64,000 nucleotides of DNA from Eledone cirrhosa (GCA_964016885.1 CAXHJY010001715.1:12713-76712), one strand, 5' to 3'; shown: positions 13,145 to 26,699, counted from the stretch's first letter. Made by a program: numbers and translations. The notes: a model not told the origin generated them from the letters alone.

Positions 13145-15993
13145 TTTACGTCCGCTTTTCCCTGCTTGCAAGGGTGGGACGGGTCTTATTCAGCACAGCA
13201 TCTCTCCACTCGTCACGGTCCCTCGTCATCTCCACCGTAAGCTTCAATGATCTGAGGTCTGTTCTCACCACCTCCGCCCATGTTTTTCGTGGTCTACCTC
13301 TACTACGTCTTCCTTCAACTGGCATTTCCTGGCACTTCTTCACCCATCGGTCATCCTCCATGCGCATCATATGTCCATACCACCTCAGTCTCCTCTCCCG
13401 TACACTACATTCTATCCCTCTCAGACACAGTTTCTCTCTCAACACATTTATGCTGGGTCGTTCACGCACATTTACACTGCACATCCAACGGAGCATGCTT
13501 GCCTCATTTCTCTCCAGCCGTCGCATATCTTCTGCGGTAGCTGCCCATGTCTCACTACCATGCAGCATCGCGCTCCTCACACAGGCATCATACAACCGGC
13601 CTTTCGTACGCAGGGAGAAACCCTTCTTCGTCAACAGAGGAAGCAGCTCCCTAAACTTCTTCCAACCCATCCTTATTCTAGATACTATGGCCTCGGAACA
13701 CCCTCCTCCCATGCTAATCTGATCTCCTAGGTACCGGAAGCTATCCACCACTTCTATAGCGCCCCCTCGCATTTGAAAAATGTGTCTATCAGTGCGACTT
13801 CTACTGTCTAATTTCCCTGTACATCTACTGCATACATATTTCTCCCTACCTGTTAGTTTGCCTGCTATCCCGCTACATCTCTTGTGTACCCAGGACCTAC
13901 ATTGTGTGCATTTTATAGAATTTATGCCAGTTCCTTTTCTGCATATCGAACATGGCCATTTCCCTGACGGAATCAGGGTTTTGTCCTCTTTTCTACTCAT
14001 CAACACTTTTGTCTTAGCTAGATTTACTCTCAGTCCTCTTGCTTCCAACTGCTGTTTCCATAGCCGGAATTTATTCTCTAGCTCCTCTACTGATTCTGCC
14101 ATAAGAGCCAGATCGTCAGCATAGAGAAGTTCCCATGGACAGCCAGTCTTAAACTCCTCTGTTATGGCTTGGAGGACTATAATGAACAAGAGCGGGCTGA
14201 GGACCGAACCCTGATGTACTCCTACTTGTATCTGGAATTCCTCACTAAACTCCATTCCTACCCTGACTTTACTGAGAGTACCTCTGTACAAAGTTTGCAC
14301 TGTCCTTACAAGCCATTCCTCAACACCCAGCTTCCTTAGGGACCACTAGATGACAGATCGGGGTACCCTATCAAAGGCCTTCTCTAGGTCAACAAAGGCC
14401 AAGTATAGTGGCTTATTCTTCTCTAAGAACCTCTCTTGCATTTGTCTCACCAAGAAGAGGGCATCTGTTGTACTCTTCCCAGGCACAAAACCAAACTGCA
14501 TCTCATCTAGTTTGACCCTTTCTCTAATTAGTTGTGCTAAAATCCTTTCTGCCACTTTCATAACCTGATCTATCAGTTTTATACCCCTATAATTGCTCCT
14601 CTCCAAAGCATCCCCTTTACCTTTGTAGCAATTTATGAGAATACTGCTGCACCAGTCTTTGGGTATGACACCACCATATATAGCCTGATTGATTATGCGT
14701 GCAACCAGTTTAGTGCCTACGTCCCCTGATGCCTTCAGCATCTCAGCAACTATTCCCGATGGTCCGGCCGCCTTACCATTTTTCATTTCCCTAATCGCCT
14801 CTTGGACCCTATATTCGTCAATCTCAATAGCTGGTCCCTCTGTCGGATCTACCAAGGGTAATTTCTCTCTCTCCCATTCGTTCTCCACATTCATCAGTCT
14901 CTCATAATGGCATTTCCAGGCCTCCTTTTTCTGGTCATTCGTGACACTAAGTACACCGGCATCATCCCGGACACATTTATCACCAACAACATCCTGATTT
15001 GCATTGACACACTGCCTTGCAATGTGGAACACCGCACGCCTCTGATCTTCCCATCGCAGAACATTGGCAAACCTCCTACTCTCTGCCTCCCTGCGTGCTA
15101 AGTACACCTGACGTCTAGCTTCTCTCTTAGTGGCTGTATATTCTTCCCTACTCCCACCCTTATTCCAAGCCTTCCATGCTAGTCTTTTGTCTCTAATAGC
15201 CTTATCTACACTGCTGTTCCACCACCAGGTCACTCTCTGTCTGGTTGGGGCTCTGCTCCAGCCACAAGTTTCATCAGTAGCCTTCAGCAAGTTGTCACGT
15301 AAGAACTTCCAGTTATTATCTATGTCATACGTCTCTAAATCGTCTTCTTTTTCGTCATATACATCTTGAAGGGCTTTCCTAAATTTGAATTTTAGTGAAA
15401 GGTCTTTTAGCTTCCAGACCTTTCTTCTCCACACCTTCCTATATGGCTCATTCCATCTCTTGCTTACTGAGATATCACTAACAACTAACCTATGCTGTAG
15501 GGTACATTCTTCCCCAGGGTATGCCTTGGTATTAGACACTATCTGCCTGTCCCGCTGCCTAACTAGCAGGAAGTCAATCTGGCTTATGTGCTCACCAGAT
15601 TTGTAGGTTATTAGGTGATTGGCAGGTTTCTGGAAGTTTGTGTTGCAAATAGTCAATGTACTTGCATCACAAAATTCAAGAAGTCTCACTCCTTCTTCAT
15701 TTCTTGAACCGTAACCATGCCCACCATGTACCCCAGTGTAACCATCCTGGAGCTGTCCAACATGACCATTGAAGTCTCCTGCTAGCATAACGATGTCTCC
15801 CTCCTCTGTCATTGTGGTTGTTTGCAAAAGTTGCTCATAAAAGCAGTCTTTTTCATCTTTGCCTAGGCCTGCTTGGGGAGCATAGACCGAGATGATTGTC
15901 AGTAGTCTCCTACCTACAACTAATCTAAGCTTAATTATTCGATTACTAACTCGAACTACCTCTATTGTCTTATTGATCCATTTCTCAGCCACA
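13111..15993 (-). mobile_element. RTE LINE family B, slightly 5'-truncated (APE + RT)
   Basis: APE motifs YAPQ, AGDFNGHVG, QIDFLL, QHRLV and RT LLYADD; ORFs 14346-16001 and 13146-14300 are in frame and split by one TAG (W to stop); ORF stop runs directly into the (ATG)n tail. Confidence 0.95.
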
Positions 15994-16788
15994 TGATACA
16001 TATATATAAATATAGTAAAATAAAAAATATATAATATTTATACATAGTATATTTTATATTATTATATACAAATTAAAGATTCAATTTATTATATACTAGC
16101 AGTATATCCCGGCGTTGCACGGGTAAGAACATTAGTAATAGCACCTCCAATGAGAAACGTTTATTTGTGAGTGCCTGTTAAAAACTCACGAAAATATACC
16201 GACAGGAAACTTGTTTTATTGGAGAAAATTAAGAATTTGAAAGTACAGTTTAGCTGTCTACGTGCATTGTTCATAGAAATATTGTTGAGCCCGTTCTTTT
16301 CCTACTCCTCTGTTTTGGCCTTTTGGAGTAAATGTGAAAGAGAAAGTCACAGGTTAAGTTGGCAGAAGGTTCCAGTGTCTTAGCAGTAAGGCGTAGGCTA
16401 CTTACTTCAAAAGTTCATTCGCACTCTTTCCACTAAGTTACTCTTTCTCTCTATCCCTCTTGGTTCAGTCCCTTGCGAATTTCTCGCGTAGGCCTGGTGT
16501 AGATTTTCACCCAATCCATCTACCCGATGTACATGTCCGCTTTGTACGGCTTGTGGAGGAAGTTGTTCGGTATTATTACGAAAAGGTATAGCAGAGAATC
16601 CCGCGTGAACTAACAGCTCGGGAGGAAACTGCTTACCTTGAAGATTCATTCGCCATCGTTCTTGTCAACACTCCATTTACTTGGTATTTGTTGGTCTACA
16701 GTTAGATGAATGGTGCACAAAGGGTTAATGTTTATTGGCAACAAGTTTTTTGAATAATAAAAGAGGGCTTAAAGCGACCTACAATGCA

Positions 16789-16840
<52 letters not shown>

Positions 16841-17882
16841 GATACATATATATATACTAGCAGTAGTACCTGGCGTTGCACAGGATAAGGTATTTTGCAA
16901 CGCGGGCCGCCAACAGACCTAATCGTGGAAAAACTGCATGTCTGGACAATATGTAAAGAAAATAAACCGAATACTCTGATGGCTGGATAATCTTTAAGAT
17001 TTTCCTCGATGAAGCAGGAAAAATGCAGATTTTCACCTAGGGGATCAAGAAAATAAATTTTTTTTATATGCATAATATGCCTTGAAATTTCAGGGAAAAA
17101 TCGGCTAGACGTAACGCCTCCAAAAAGCCCTAAAAAGCTGAAAAAATGAAGTTTTTCACTTAATGTGGGCCCTAGGCCATAAAAAAATAGGATTTTCTTT
17201 GCTCACGGTTTGAAGAAGAGACTGACTAATACATACGAGTTACAATTTTAGTTACAATTTCAAGGAAATCGGTCTGACCTAACGCCTCAACCCCCCCCCC
17301 CCCTAAAAAGCTTAAAAAACGCAGTTTTCCACCTGATGCTTGCCCTAGGAGATAAGTAATACACATGTAAAGTTTGAAAAAAGTCGGTTGGGTACTTCTC
17401 GAGTTTTAGGGATTCAAACTCACAGACACACACACACAGACAGACAACCTCAGAGAAGTGACGTAATGCAGCCAGACAGACATACAGACAGATATTATAA
17501 GAGCGCGACGTTATATGTATGTATCTATCTAAAAAGAGAAAGACTAAGAATTATAGAGAGAGATCGCTAAATCGCCTAATGAGGTCCTAGGGCATTGAAA
17601 ATTTGAATTTTTTTTGTTTTTTTGCTCAGAACACTCCCTGAAATATAAGTATTACATGTGTAAAGTTTGAAAACGGAAGTTTGGGTTCTTCTCGAGTTTT
17701 AGAGATTCAAACTCACACACACACAGATAGACATCCTCAGTTTTATATAAATATATATATATGTGTGTGTGTATGTATGCATATATATATATGTGTGTGT
17801 GTATGTATGTATATATATATATATAATATATGTGTGTGTGTGTGTGTATATATACATATATTTTTATGTGTATATTTATATA

Positions 17883-17931
<49 letters not shown>

Positions 17932-17958
17932 GTGTTTGTATATGTATATATATATATA

Positions 17959-18855
17959 CGAGGTGTGTCAGAAAAGTTCCAGGACTGATGTCACAAAAGA
18001 TTTATTTCAAACCCAAACTTCACACTAAGACTTTTCTCCTTCAAAGTAATCCCCCTGGAGTCTAATGCACTTTTCCATCCTTTTCTGCCACGCTTGCATG
18101 CACTCCTGGAAGGATTCTTCTGGGATCCTCCGCAGTTCCGTCGTCATGGCCTTTTTGATGTCGTCCACGTCTTCAAAACGGGTCCCCTCCTGGTCGTACT
18201 CGAAGATCCATGACTCATCACCGGCGATGACTGTCCCTAGCAAGTCTGGTTCAGTTTCAAGACGCTCGAGGATGTCCTGGCACACTTGCATGCGTCGACC
18301 CTTCTGGTCATCGTTCAGCAGTTTTGGCACCATCTTCGCGCAGACTTTCCGCATGTCCAAATCTTCAGTGAGAATCTTCCAGACGCTGTCCTGATTCATA
18401 CCCAGCTCATTTGCCATCAGTCGAACAGTCAGCCGACGATCGCTACGCACCATCTGCCTGACGTGTTCAACGTTGACCTCAGTCTTGGTTGTTGAGGGCC
18501 TTCCGCTCCTGGGGTCATCTTCCACGTCATCGTGTCCTTCTTTAAACTTCTTGCACCACTCAAAAACACATGAGCGTGACATCGTCTTATCTCCATACAC
18601 TTGCTGCAGCGGAGTTTTCCCCAACCGTACCAGAAACTTCAAGTTTGTTTGTTGCCCTGTGCTCATTGCTTGACGACCTGAAACAGAGGACATGTATATA
18701 AAATTATGAAGAAAAAAGTTTGATCGCTGCAGAGAGCTAAGATTACAGTTACATACTCCAGGGGGATTACTTTGAAGGAGAAAACTCTTAGTGGGAAGTT
18801 TGGGTTTGAAATAAATCTTTTGTGACATCAGTCCTGGAACTTTTCTGACACACCT

Positions 18856-18857
<2 letters not shown>
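17959..18857 (-). mobile_element. Internally deleted mariner (Tc1/mariner) with ~100-bp TIRs
   Basis: TA|CGAGGTGTGTCAGAAAAGTTCC termini; transposase motifs DDPRSGRP, AKMVPKLL, GDESWIFEYD, GDYFEG. Confidence 0.92.
18025..18828 (-). pseudogene. Truncated mariner transposase ORF (DNA-binding region + first catalytic Asp + C-terminus)
   Basis: 267-aa ORF; the HDNA and YSPDLAP regions are absent (in-frame deletion between FEYDQE and GTRF). Confidence 0.8.
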
Positions 18858-18901
<44 letters not shown>

Positions 18902-19704
18902 GTGTGTGTGTATATGTATATATGTGTGTATATATATATATATAAGTATATATGTATGTGTGTGTGTGTGAATGTAGCGAAGATAATACGTCAACAATGA
19001 CGTGTTCGTCAGAATGTCGTTATGCATACAGCAGACATACAGACAGATATTATAATGGCTCGATGGAGATCGATAACCGGCGCCTAACACCCCTTTAATA
19101 ACAGAAAATAAAGGCTGCAGTTAGTATCTTTAGACCGCAAGGAATATATAAATGCAAGTTTGAAGTCAATTGGCGTAGAAATGTGGATTTGTATAGACTT
19201 TGCAAAAATGAGGACACGCACACGCACACAGACAACTACAGCTTTATATATATGTATAGATTATTTACAATTTGCATGTAGGCAGCTCTATCTGGAAATA
19301 GGGCGGGGGGGGGGGGGGGGTATTACGTAGCATGAGGGGGGGGGGGGGGGGCAACATTTGAGAACCTCTGATGTAGTGCATTCAGTGGTTATTTAAAGGT
19401 GCAGCTGACCCCTGTTTGTTCAGTTCTAAATGTAATTCATATCAAATACTACATGTGCTTACATGGTAAATGATAAATGAAGGAATCAGAAGACTCATAA
19501 AATATTAAACATACCCCTATTATGAATACTTATCAAACTCAGAGAAAATGAAACTCTGGCTCAAGGCACCTACTTCAAAAATTTGTGCAGTTGTAAAAAT
19601 TACCTCAAAATAAACCTTGTGAGGTCAAGATATATAGTCCCAAATGTTGACTACATTATCATACACAACATACTATGTTTTGAATAATCTCTTGAATACT
19701 CTGA

Positions 19705-19900
19705 TAATAATAATTGTTTCTACTATTGGCACAAGGCCAGTAATTATCCCAGTGCATTACTGGTACTTTATTTTATTGACCCCATAAGGATGAAAGGCAA
19801 AGTTAACCACGGCGGGATTTGAACACAGAATGGCAAGGGCCGTAACTCTATGCATCAAAGCATGGCACCGACCCTCTACCGATACTGCCAATTCACCGCC
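19705..19900 (-). mobile_element. SINE family S1
   Basis: Full copy with TSD CTCTGATA. Confidence 0.88.
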
Positions 19901-20920
19901 CTCTGATATTAATGATATTTCTTATTTGTATTGGGTCATGTTTAAGAGCTAATTAATCTTTTTGTTAACATATTTCTAAAGGCTATGATTTTCAAATCAA
20001 TTTGAAAATAATCTAGAATTTGGAAGTATTTAGTATCATTACTGCCTTATTATTAATTAACTGAAATAGAGTTGAAATTACGGTTACAAAAGCACTAATG
20101 TATTTTTGAGATAACCTCAGATTTTTAAATTTAAAGTGGTGTGGGGCAGTCAACAGTTCTATTCTATAGATGGGAAAAGGGGAGGAAACAGCAGACTTTA
20201 CACCCCGGGCTAGACAGTATATCTTAGCTGTAACCTGCCTGAATAATTGTTTCTGCTAGAACGAAGGCAGTTATTTCCTAAAAAATGTTAACACCTTGGG
20301 GTGATTACCATGGCGAAGAGATTTTTTAATCACCTTTCCTCTTCTTTTGTAAATTGAATTGAATTTTGAATTATATTCACAGCTCAACCCTCTGTAGATT
20401 TTGTTGAGCTCCTACTAGGTTGTATATTGTAGGAAGTTGTTTCAGTCCTATCTTGTTGTTACAGCTCACACCTGTGTATGTTTAGTTCACCTTCTACAAG
20501 GTTGTATCTTATAGAAGGTTTTGGGGGTGTTTTAATGATAGAGGCCACAGTCCTGTCATGTTATTATTATTTTTAAAGCTCACACATATACAGGTTTAGC
20601 TGACCTCCTATGGATTTGTATCTCATATGAGCTTTCTCTGGTGATTTGATAATTGGGACCCCAGTTCTATCATGAAAAGCAATGTGAACTGTAGCATCCA
20701 GCTCAAGAGCACAATGTGGTGCATGGTCAAAGAATCTAATTCCCAACCTTATGATCAAAAGTCAAAGACCCTATCTACTCAGCCATGCACTTTCATGTTT
20801 TTGTAGCTTGAGATTATGTAATAAAAACAATCTGATAAGTTTACAAAGAAATCAAGCAAGTTTGAAAATTTGAAATTTACTTGTTTCTATTAAGAAACAC
20901 TGCTACAATTCCTTTATTAA

Positions 20921-21119
20921 CTACAAAATAGTTGAATTAATAAGGTAAATTACTATTGGAGATGGAAAAAAGGTAAACAGAGATTCCTGCAGGAATCTAA
21001 TTTTGCATCTGCTGTATACAGCATGGCTGAAATAATCATTCAGTAGATAGAAGATGTGAAGTTAGATTTCTGCAGGTGTCTTTGTTCACCTTTTCCCCAT
21101 TAATTCAACTATTTTATAG
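20921..21119. mobile_element. Foldback MITE flanked by TTAA
   Basis: TTAA|CTACAAAATAGTTGAATTAAT ... ATTAATTCAACTATTTTATAG|TTAA plus internal inverted segments. Confidence 0.6.
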
Positions 21120-21134
21120 TTAATATAGTTAATA

Positions 21135-21280
21135 CTAGCAGAATGGCCCGGCATTGCTCGGGATTTGCTCTAGGGTTCTTATATATATGATATATATTTA
21201 TCCTTATCAAGCCTCGTGAAATAAATATGTTTGTTTATATTTTGTTATTGTGTATGCAAAAATATCTGTACACGAATATG

Positions 21281-21369
<89 letters not shown>

Positions 21370-22391
21370 CAGTACAGAGAAGTACGGAATACCTTGGCCT
21401 CAGGATGGTGTCAACATTTTGTGCTTATAAAAAAAATTTGTCATAGATTACTAGAGTTTTTTTCCGTGCAAAGAAAATCAATACTTTATCGCGAAATAAA
21501 TACTTTTATTTATATTTTGTTATTGTGTATGCAAAAATATCTGTACACGAATATATAATTATATATATATGGAGGCACATGGCTTAGTGGTAAGAGCGTT
21601 GGCCTTGCAATAGAAAGGTTGTGAGTTCAATTCTCAGACCGGGTGATGTGTTGTTTCCTTGAGCAAGAGACTTTATTTCACATTGCTCCAGTTTACTCAG
21701 CTGTAGAAATGAGATGATAGGAACTGGGATCCATATCATTCCACTGCAAAGTGGTCGTGGAGGTGCCACAGCAAAAAAGCACCCAGCACTCACTGTAAAT
21801 GAGGTTGGTGTTAGGAAGGGCATCCAGCTGTAGAAATCAAGCCAGAATCAGTTCCCGTCCCACCCTTGCAAGCAGGGAAAAAGCGGACGTAAAACAAATG
21901 ATGATATATATATATTAAAATAACAGATTAAAGTTTAAGCAAAGAATCGCTGCTTTCACCCTTAACGGGATCTTCTGAAACTAAAATAAGAAAATCAATC
22001 TGTGAACGCAGAAGTAAATATTTCGAAAAACGTTACACACTATATATATATATACACGCGCTATATATACATATATATACACACACACACACAGCTACGT
22101 CATAATATCGTAATGCAGACAGCCAGGCATACAGACAGATATTATACGGGCGTCACGTTAAATCTATGTATCTATCTAAAAAGAGAAAGACAAAGAGAGA
22201 AAGAAAGAGATCGCTAAATTGCCTAATGCGGTCCCTAGGGCATTGGAAATTGGAAATTTCTTTTGCTCAAAACACTCACACGACCATAAGTATTACATGT
22301 GTAAAGTGTGAAAACAATCAGTTGGGTGGTTCTCGAGTTTTAGTGAATGGACAGACGGACAGACAGACATTCTCTGTTTTAGATATATAGA
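21135..22391 (-). mobile_element. Non-autonomous Helitron containing a SINE
   Basis: CTAG and CCCGGCATTGCTCGGG hairpin at 21135; minus-strand A|TCTATATATCTAAAAC start at 22391. Confidence 0.8.
21571..21905 (+). mobile_element. tRNA/CORE-type SINE family S2 with RTE-B 3' tail
   Basis: A box TGGCTTAGTGG, B box GAGTTCAATTC, CORE-like CCTTGAGCAAG..ACTTTATTTCAC; 3' end matches the RTE-B terminus. Confidence 0.88.
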
Positions 22392-22717
22392 TATGAATTG
22401 TGGCAGCTTTTTTAATAAAAACAAATTAAAAAAATTTGGAATTTTAAATACTAAGAAATATGGGGAATAAGTATGATCAATTTGTGTTAACGCACACACA
22501 CACACGTATATAAGCATACATACACACATATATATACATATACATACACATACACATGCACCCAACCTCACAATAATAAATATATTGAACTTTTAGTTTT
22601 CAAGTATGAATAGATTTTAAATAAAAGTAACTATGTTGTTGTTGCAGCTTTTTATCCCTGATGACGGGGGAGGAGGAGTAGAATAGCAGGCCCTCAAGAG
22701 CAAATTGTATTTCATGA

Positions 22718-22905
22718 TGGATTGGCAGTATCGGTAGAGGGTCGGACGCCATGCTTTGACGCATAGAGTTACGGCCCTTGCCATTTTGAGTTCGAATCCC
22801 GCCGAGGTTAACTTTGCCTTTCATCCTTACGAGGTCGATAAAATAGAGTACCAGTAGTACACTGGGTAATTGCTGGCCTTGTGCCAAAAGTAGAAATAAT
22901 TATTG
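22718..22905 (+). mobile_element. SINE family S1
   Basis: Homologous to 1221-1408; B box GAGTTCGAATCCC. Confidence 0.85.
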
Positions 22906-22924
22906 TTGAAACTCATAGATGAGT

Positions 22925-23220
22925 TGACGAAGGAACACAACGTGAGGAAGGAAACTGCAGAAAAGGAAGACTGAGGAAAACATAGGCAGATGTAGCGAGA
23001 ACTGATCTCAGAATACTGAAATTTACAGAGGAAAGGACAAAGGAAGACAAGTAGAGCGAGGTTATGGAAGAGGAAGACCAAGGATAGCCCAGGCAGAAGG
23101 GGTGAGAGATAATCTCAAAATTCTGAATCTCACAGAGGAGATGATAAAGAAACAAAATGGAGGGAAGCTGTGCTGAAGAAGACCCGTTCAACCCCAGACA
23201 TAAAAATGATGATAATGATT
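22925..23220 (+). mobile_element. Two tandem highly decayed RTE 3' ends
   Basis: Remnants of GRPRKTW..VRTDL..L.LTEEM; ends in ATGATGATAATGAT. Confidence 0.5.
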
Positions 23221-23854
23221 TGTTTGAATGAGGAGAGGAAGACAGCAACAAAAGATGTTGAACAAATATATAAATATTTTCAAACTCAAAAGGTTTTATT
23301 TATTTTTTTTGTTTAATTTCATTTTTGTAACTTCTTATATTTAAAAAAATATTTTTCAACAAATAAAATGTTAACAAATTAAAAACAAAATAAAATCAAT
23401 ATTTTAATTTATTTTACTATAATTCTATTCTAAAAATATCTGCCCTTGTTTAAGACTTTTCAAATTAATCTGCCTGAAACTGCCCTTGGTTCTATAATAC
23501 AAAATTGTATTAACTGCATATGCCACATGAAACAGCATTAGAAATAGATTCTTGAAAAGAATAAAACAACACTATGACTATATCACATTTGAAAATTAAG
23601 ACTTCACTATAAAACTACAAATGTTCACAATGACCCATCCAGTAGTAAAGATATTGTAAAAATTTGCATTAACAAACCTGTTTTTTTTAAAAATATTTTC
23701 TGCTGAATCATTACTGGATATCAAAAGTTAAAGTGCTTGTATTAATCTAAGAACCTTCCATCATAATTTCATGAACCCACCTTCGTTAAGTTACAATCCA
23801 AACACCAACTTCATAATGAGAAATTTCTTTAAATTACTAAATCCCTCAAAACTC

Positions 23855-24056
23855 TTCTTTTCCTCGACCACCTATTCCTGAGAGGGTCGTGGAGCAAGAG
23901 TCCTCAAACACTCCCTCCAGCAGATCCTGTCAGAAGCAACTGTATTCAGCTGATCCAGCTGGATCCCCAAGCATCACCAGCCAAGCCCATGGATGTGATC
24001 CAAAAATCTTACTCGGAGTCTACGCCTGGGTCACCTACCTGTTGGTTTCGCCTGTA
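23855..24056 (-). mobile_element. Old RTE (Expander/Rex3-like) 3' fragment
   Basis: Minus strand reads roughly AKPTGR*PRRRLRVRFLDHIHGLGW*CLGIQ..VASDR..WR..LRTLAPRP. Confidence 0.6.
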
Positions 24057-24439
24057 AAACTCTTCATTATTTTCAAAATTATTTGAATCACAAAGGCAGT
24101 GTCTTTTATATTTTAATTTTTATTCTTATACTGGTTTCAGTCATCTGACTGTCACCATGCTGGGTACTGCCTTAAAGTTGTTCAAATTGACCCAAGTACT
24201 TATTTCTTTCAAATCTGGTGCATATTTTATCAATATTCTTATACATATTTTGATGGTAACTGTTGTGTAACAGTTATGACCTCACCAGACAGCTATTACA
24301 TGAACAGAAAATGACATGAACAAAATAAAATGAGCAAAAATAAAAATTACTCTTGCCATTTCAACAGCTAGTTTCAAACTGTTTGCCGAAAGGTTTCACA
24401 GCTGACTGTTTGTATAATCAGGGGCATGGTTTGTCCATA

Positions 24440-25742
24440 TAAGCTGAATCAATGGCTGAACTAGAGGAGAAATTCCAAACTTGGAAGCATGGCCAAGAAT
24501 CAATAGGCCTTAAAATTAACTTGTCTAAGACTAAAGTTCTAGTATGTAGGAAGGAAAATAGAGCACTGGTCCCCTCTAGGAAATGGCCATGCTCAGTGTG
24601 TAGGAAGGAGTAGGCAGAAACTCCATTTTATGTCCCAAATGCAAAGTATGGGTGCATAAAAGATGTAGTGGGATCACAGGTAAACTAACTAAGAACAGAT
24701 TTTATATGTGGCCGGTGCTCAGGTGCAATAAGTAGTAGCAAGTGCCCACAGGATACTAGCTCCTTCCATTGCCCAGATGGTTCTATAGAAATAGTGGACA
24801 CCTTCCATTACCTGGGTGACAAAATCAGCAGTGGTGGAGGGTACTCTGAAAGTATAGTAGCTAGAGTCAGAATGGGGTGGAAAAAGTTAAGAGAGCTTAT
24901 ACCACTATTGGCCGCTAAAGGTTTCTCCCTAAAAATGAAAGGCAGGTTGTATGATGCCTGCATACGAACAGCAATGTTACATGGCAGTGAGACATGGGCA
25001 TTGTGTGCAGAGGATCTGCACAGACTGGAGAGGAACGAAGCTTGAATGTTCTGTTGGATGTGTAATAGTAATAACGTGAACGGCAAAGCATAAATGAACT
25101 AAGTGAGAAATTAGGAATAAGAGGGATCAGATGCTGTTTACTCGAGAGAAGACTACGTTGGTATGGTCACGTGATGCGCGTGAAAGACGACAACTGTATA
25201 AAAAAGTGCAGGGCGATCAAAATAGATGGAAGCTACGGAGTAGGCAGACCCAGAAAAACCTGGGACGATTTGATAAATTCCGACCTTACACACTTACACC
25301 TCTCTAAGACAATGTCACTGGACTGAGGTCTTTGGCGCTACGCTGTAATACAGAAAACCCGCCTTTCCTAAGTACAAAGCGAAACCTACAGTCAGTAGGC
25401 ACCTCCTAACCAAAAATACACCCCCATCCCACTACCCCCACCCCTTTCTCTGTAAAGTTATGTTGGTGTCACAACATCCGGTCCTAAATAAATGAGGTTG
25501 TGTAGGTGTCACGACAAAAAAAAACACACAGTCCATGCTGTAATGTGGTCGTGTAGGTAACACGGTAAAAACCTCCCAGTCCACACTGTGAACGTGGTTG
25601 GTGTTAGGAAGGGCATCCAGCCGTAGAAAACCTGCCAGACAGTCCTATGCGAGCGAGACGACCAATCTTGCCTCAAGTGGGAAAATTCCCGTCTAAACCC
25701 ATGCTAGCGTGGAAGATAGATGTTAAACAATGATGATGATGA
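24440..25742 (+). mobile_element. RTE LINE family A, 3' fragment
   Basis: From RT motif AESMAELE through the PHD finger, thumb, 3' UTR and (ATG)n tail; multiple lesions. Confidence 0.92.
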
Positions 25743-25968
25743 AGGTTATACATTATCCATCCAATTGTAAATTTTCTTCATACAAATATTTTAGAAAGAA
25801 ATTATCATATTTTAGAGATACAGATACATACACATGCTTCCATATATATCTTTATATGTTTAGGGAATGGTTGTGTGTGTAGATATGTAGCTTAGTGAGT
25901 AGAGGCTTGTTTATCATGATTTTAAGACAACAGAGCTATGGTGTCATAACCAGCAGCATATATATAGG

Positions 25969-25999
<31 letters not shown>

Positions 26000-26028
26000 G
26001 TATATAGTAATAATAATAAATTTGAAGA

Positions 26029-26341
26029 CTAAAATCCAAAGAGAACTCGAAAAGGATAAATATATATCAAATATATAAGAACCGTAGAGCAAATATTTAT
26101 TAAAATAACATATTAAAGTTTAAGCAAAGAATCGCTGCTTTCACCCTTACCCGTTAAGGGTGAAAGCAGCGATTCTTTGCTTAAACTTTAATATGTTATT
26201 TTAATAAATATTTGCTCTACGGTTCTTATATATTTGATATATATTTATCCTTTTCGAGTCCTCTTTGGATTTTAGAAGATCCCGTTAAGGGTGAAAGCAG
26301 CGATTCATTGCTTAAACTTTAATCTGTTATTTTAATAAATA
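26029..26341. repeat. 121-bp-arm palindrome plus a third partial copy (Penelope-like pLTR remnant?)
   Basis: Arms 26029-26149 and 26155-26275, 5-nt loop; flanked by (TA)n. Confidence 0.75.
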
Positions 26342-26420
26342 TATATGTATATATGATATATATATATGTATATATATATGTATATATATATACATATATA
26401 TACATGTATGTATGTATATG

Positions 26421-26654
<234 letters not shown>

Positions 26655-26699
26655 TACATGTATGTATGTATGTATATGTATACATATATATATATATAT

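Larger units (their letters stand above)
16096..19260 (-). mobile_element. Composite non-autonomous Helitron containing a mariner
   Basis: Minus-strand A|TC start at 19260; hairpin+CTAG termini at 16857 and 16096; shares its 5' and terminal modules with 4813-6358. Confidence 0.8.
12992..19370. mobile_element. hAT-type MITE expanded to 6.4 kb by nested insertions
   Basis: Perfect 14-bp TIRs CAGAGGTTCTCAAA / TTTGAGAACCTCTG; perfect 8-bp TSD ATGTAGTG at 12984-12991 and 19371-19378. Confidence 0.9.

Noticed and set aside
21571-21645. tRNA gene candidates at SINE heads
   Set aside because: A and B boxes are present but there is no full cloverleaf, and each continues into SINE body and tail.
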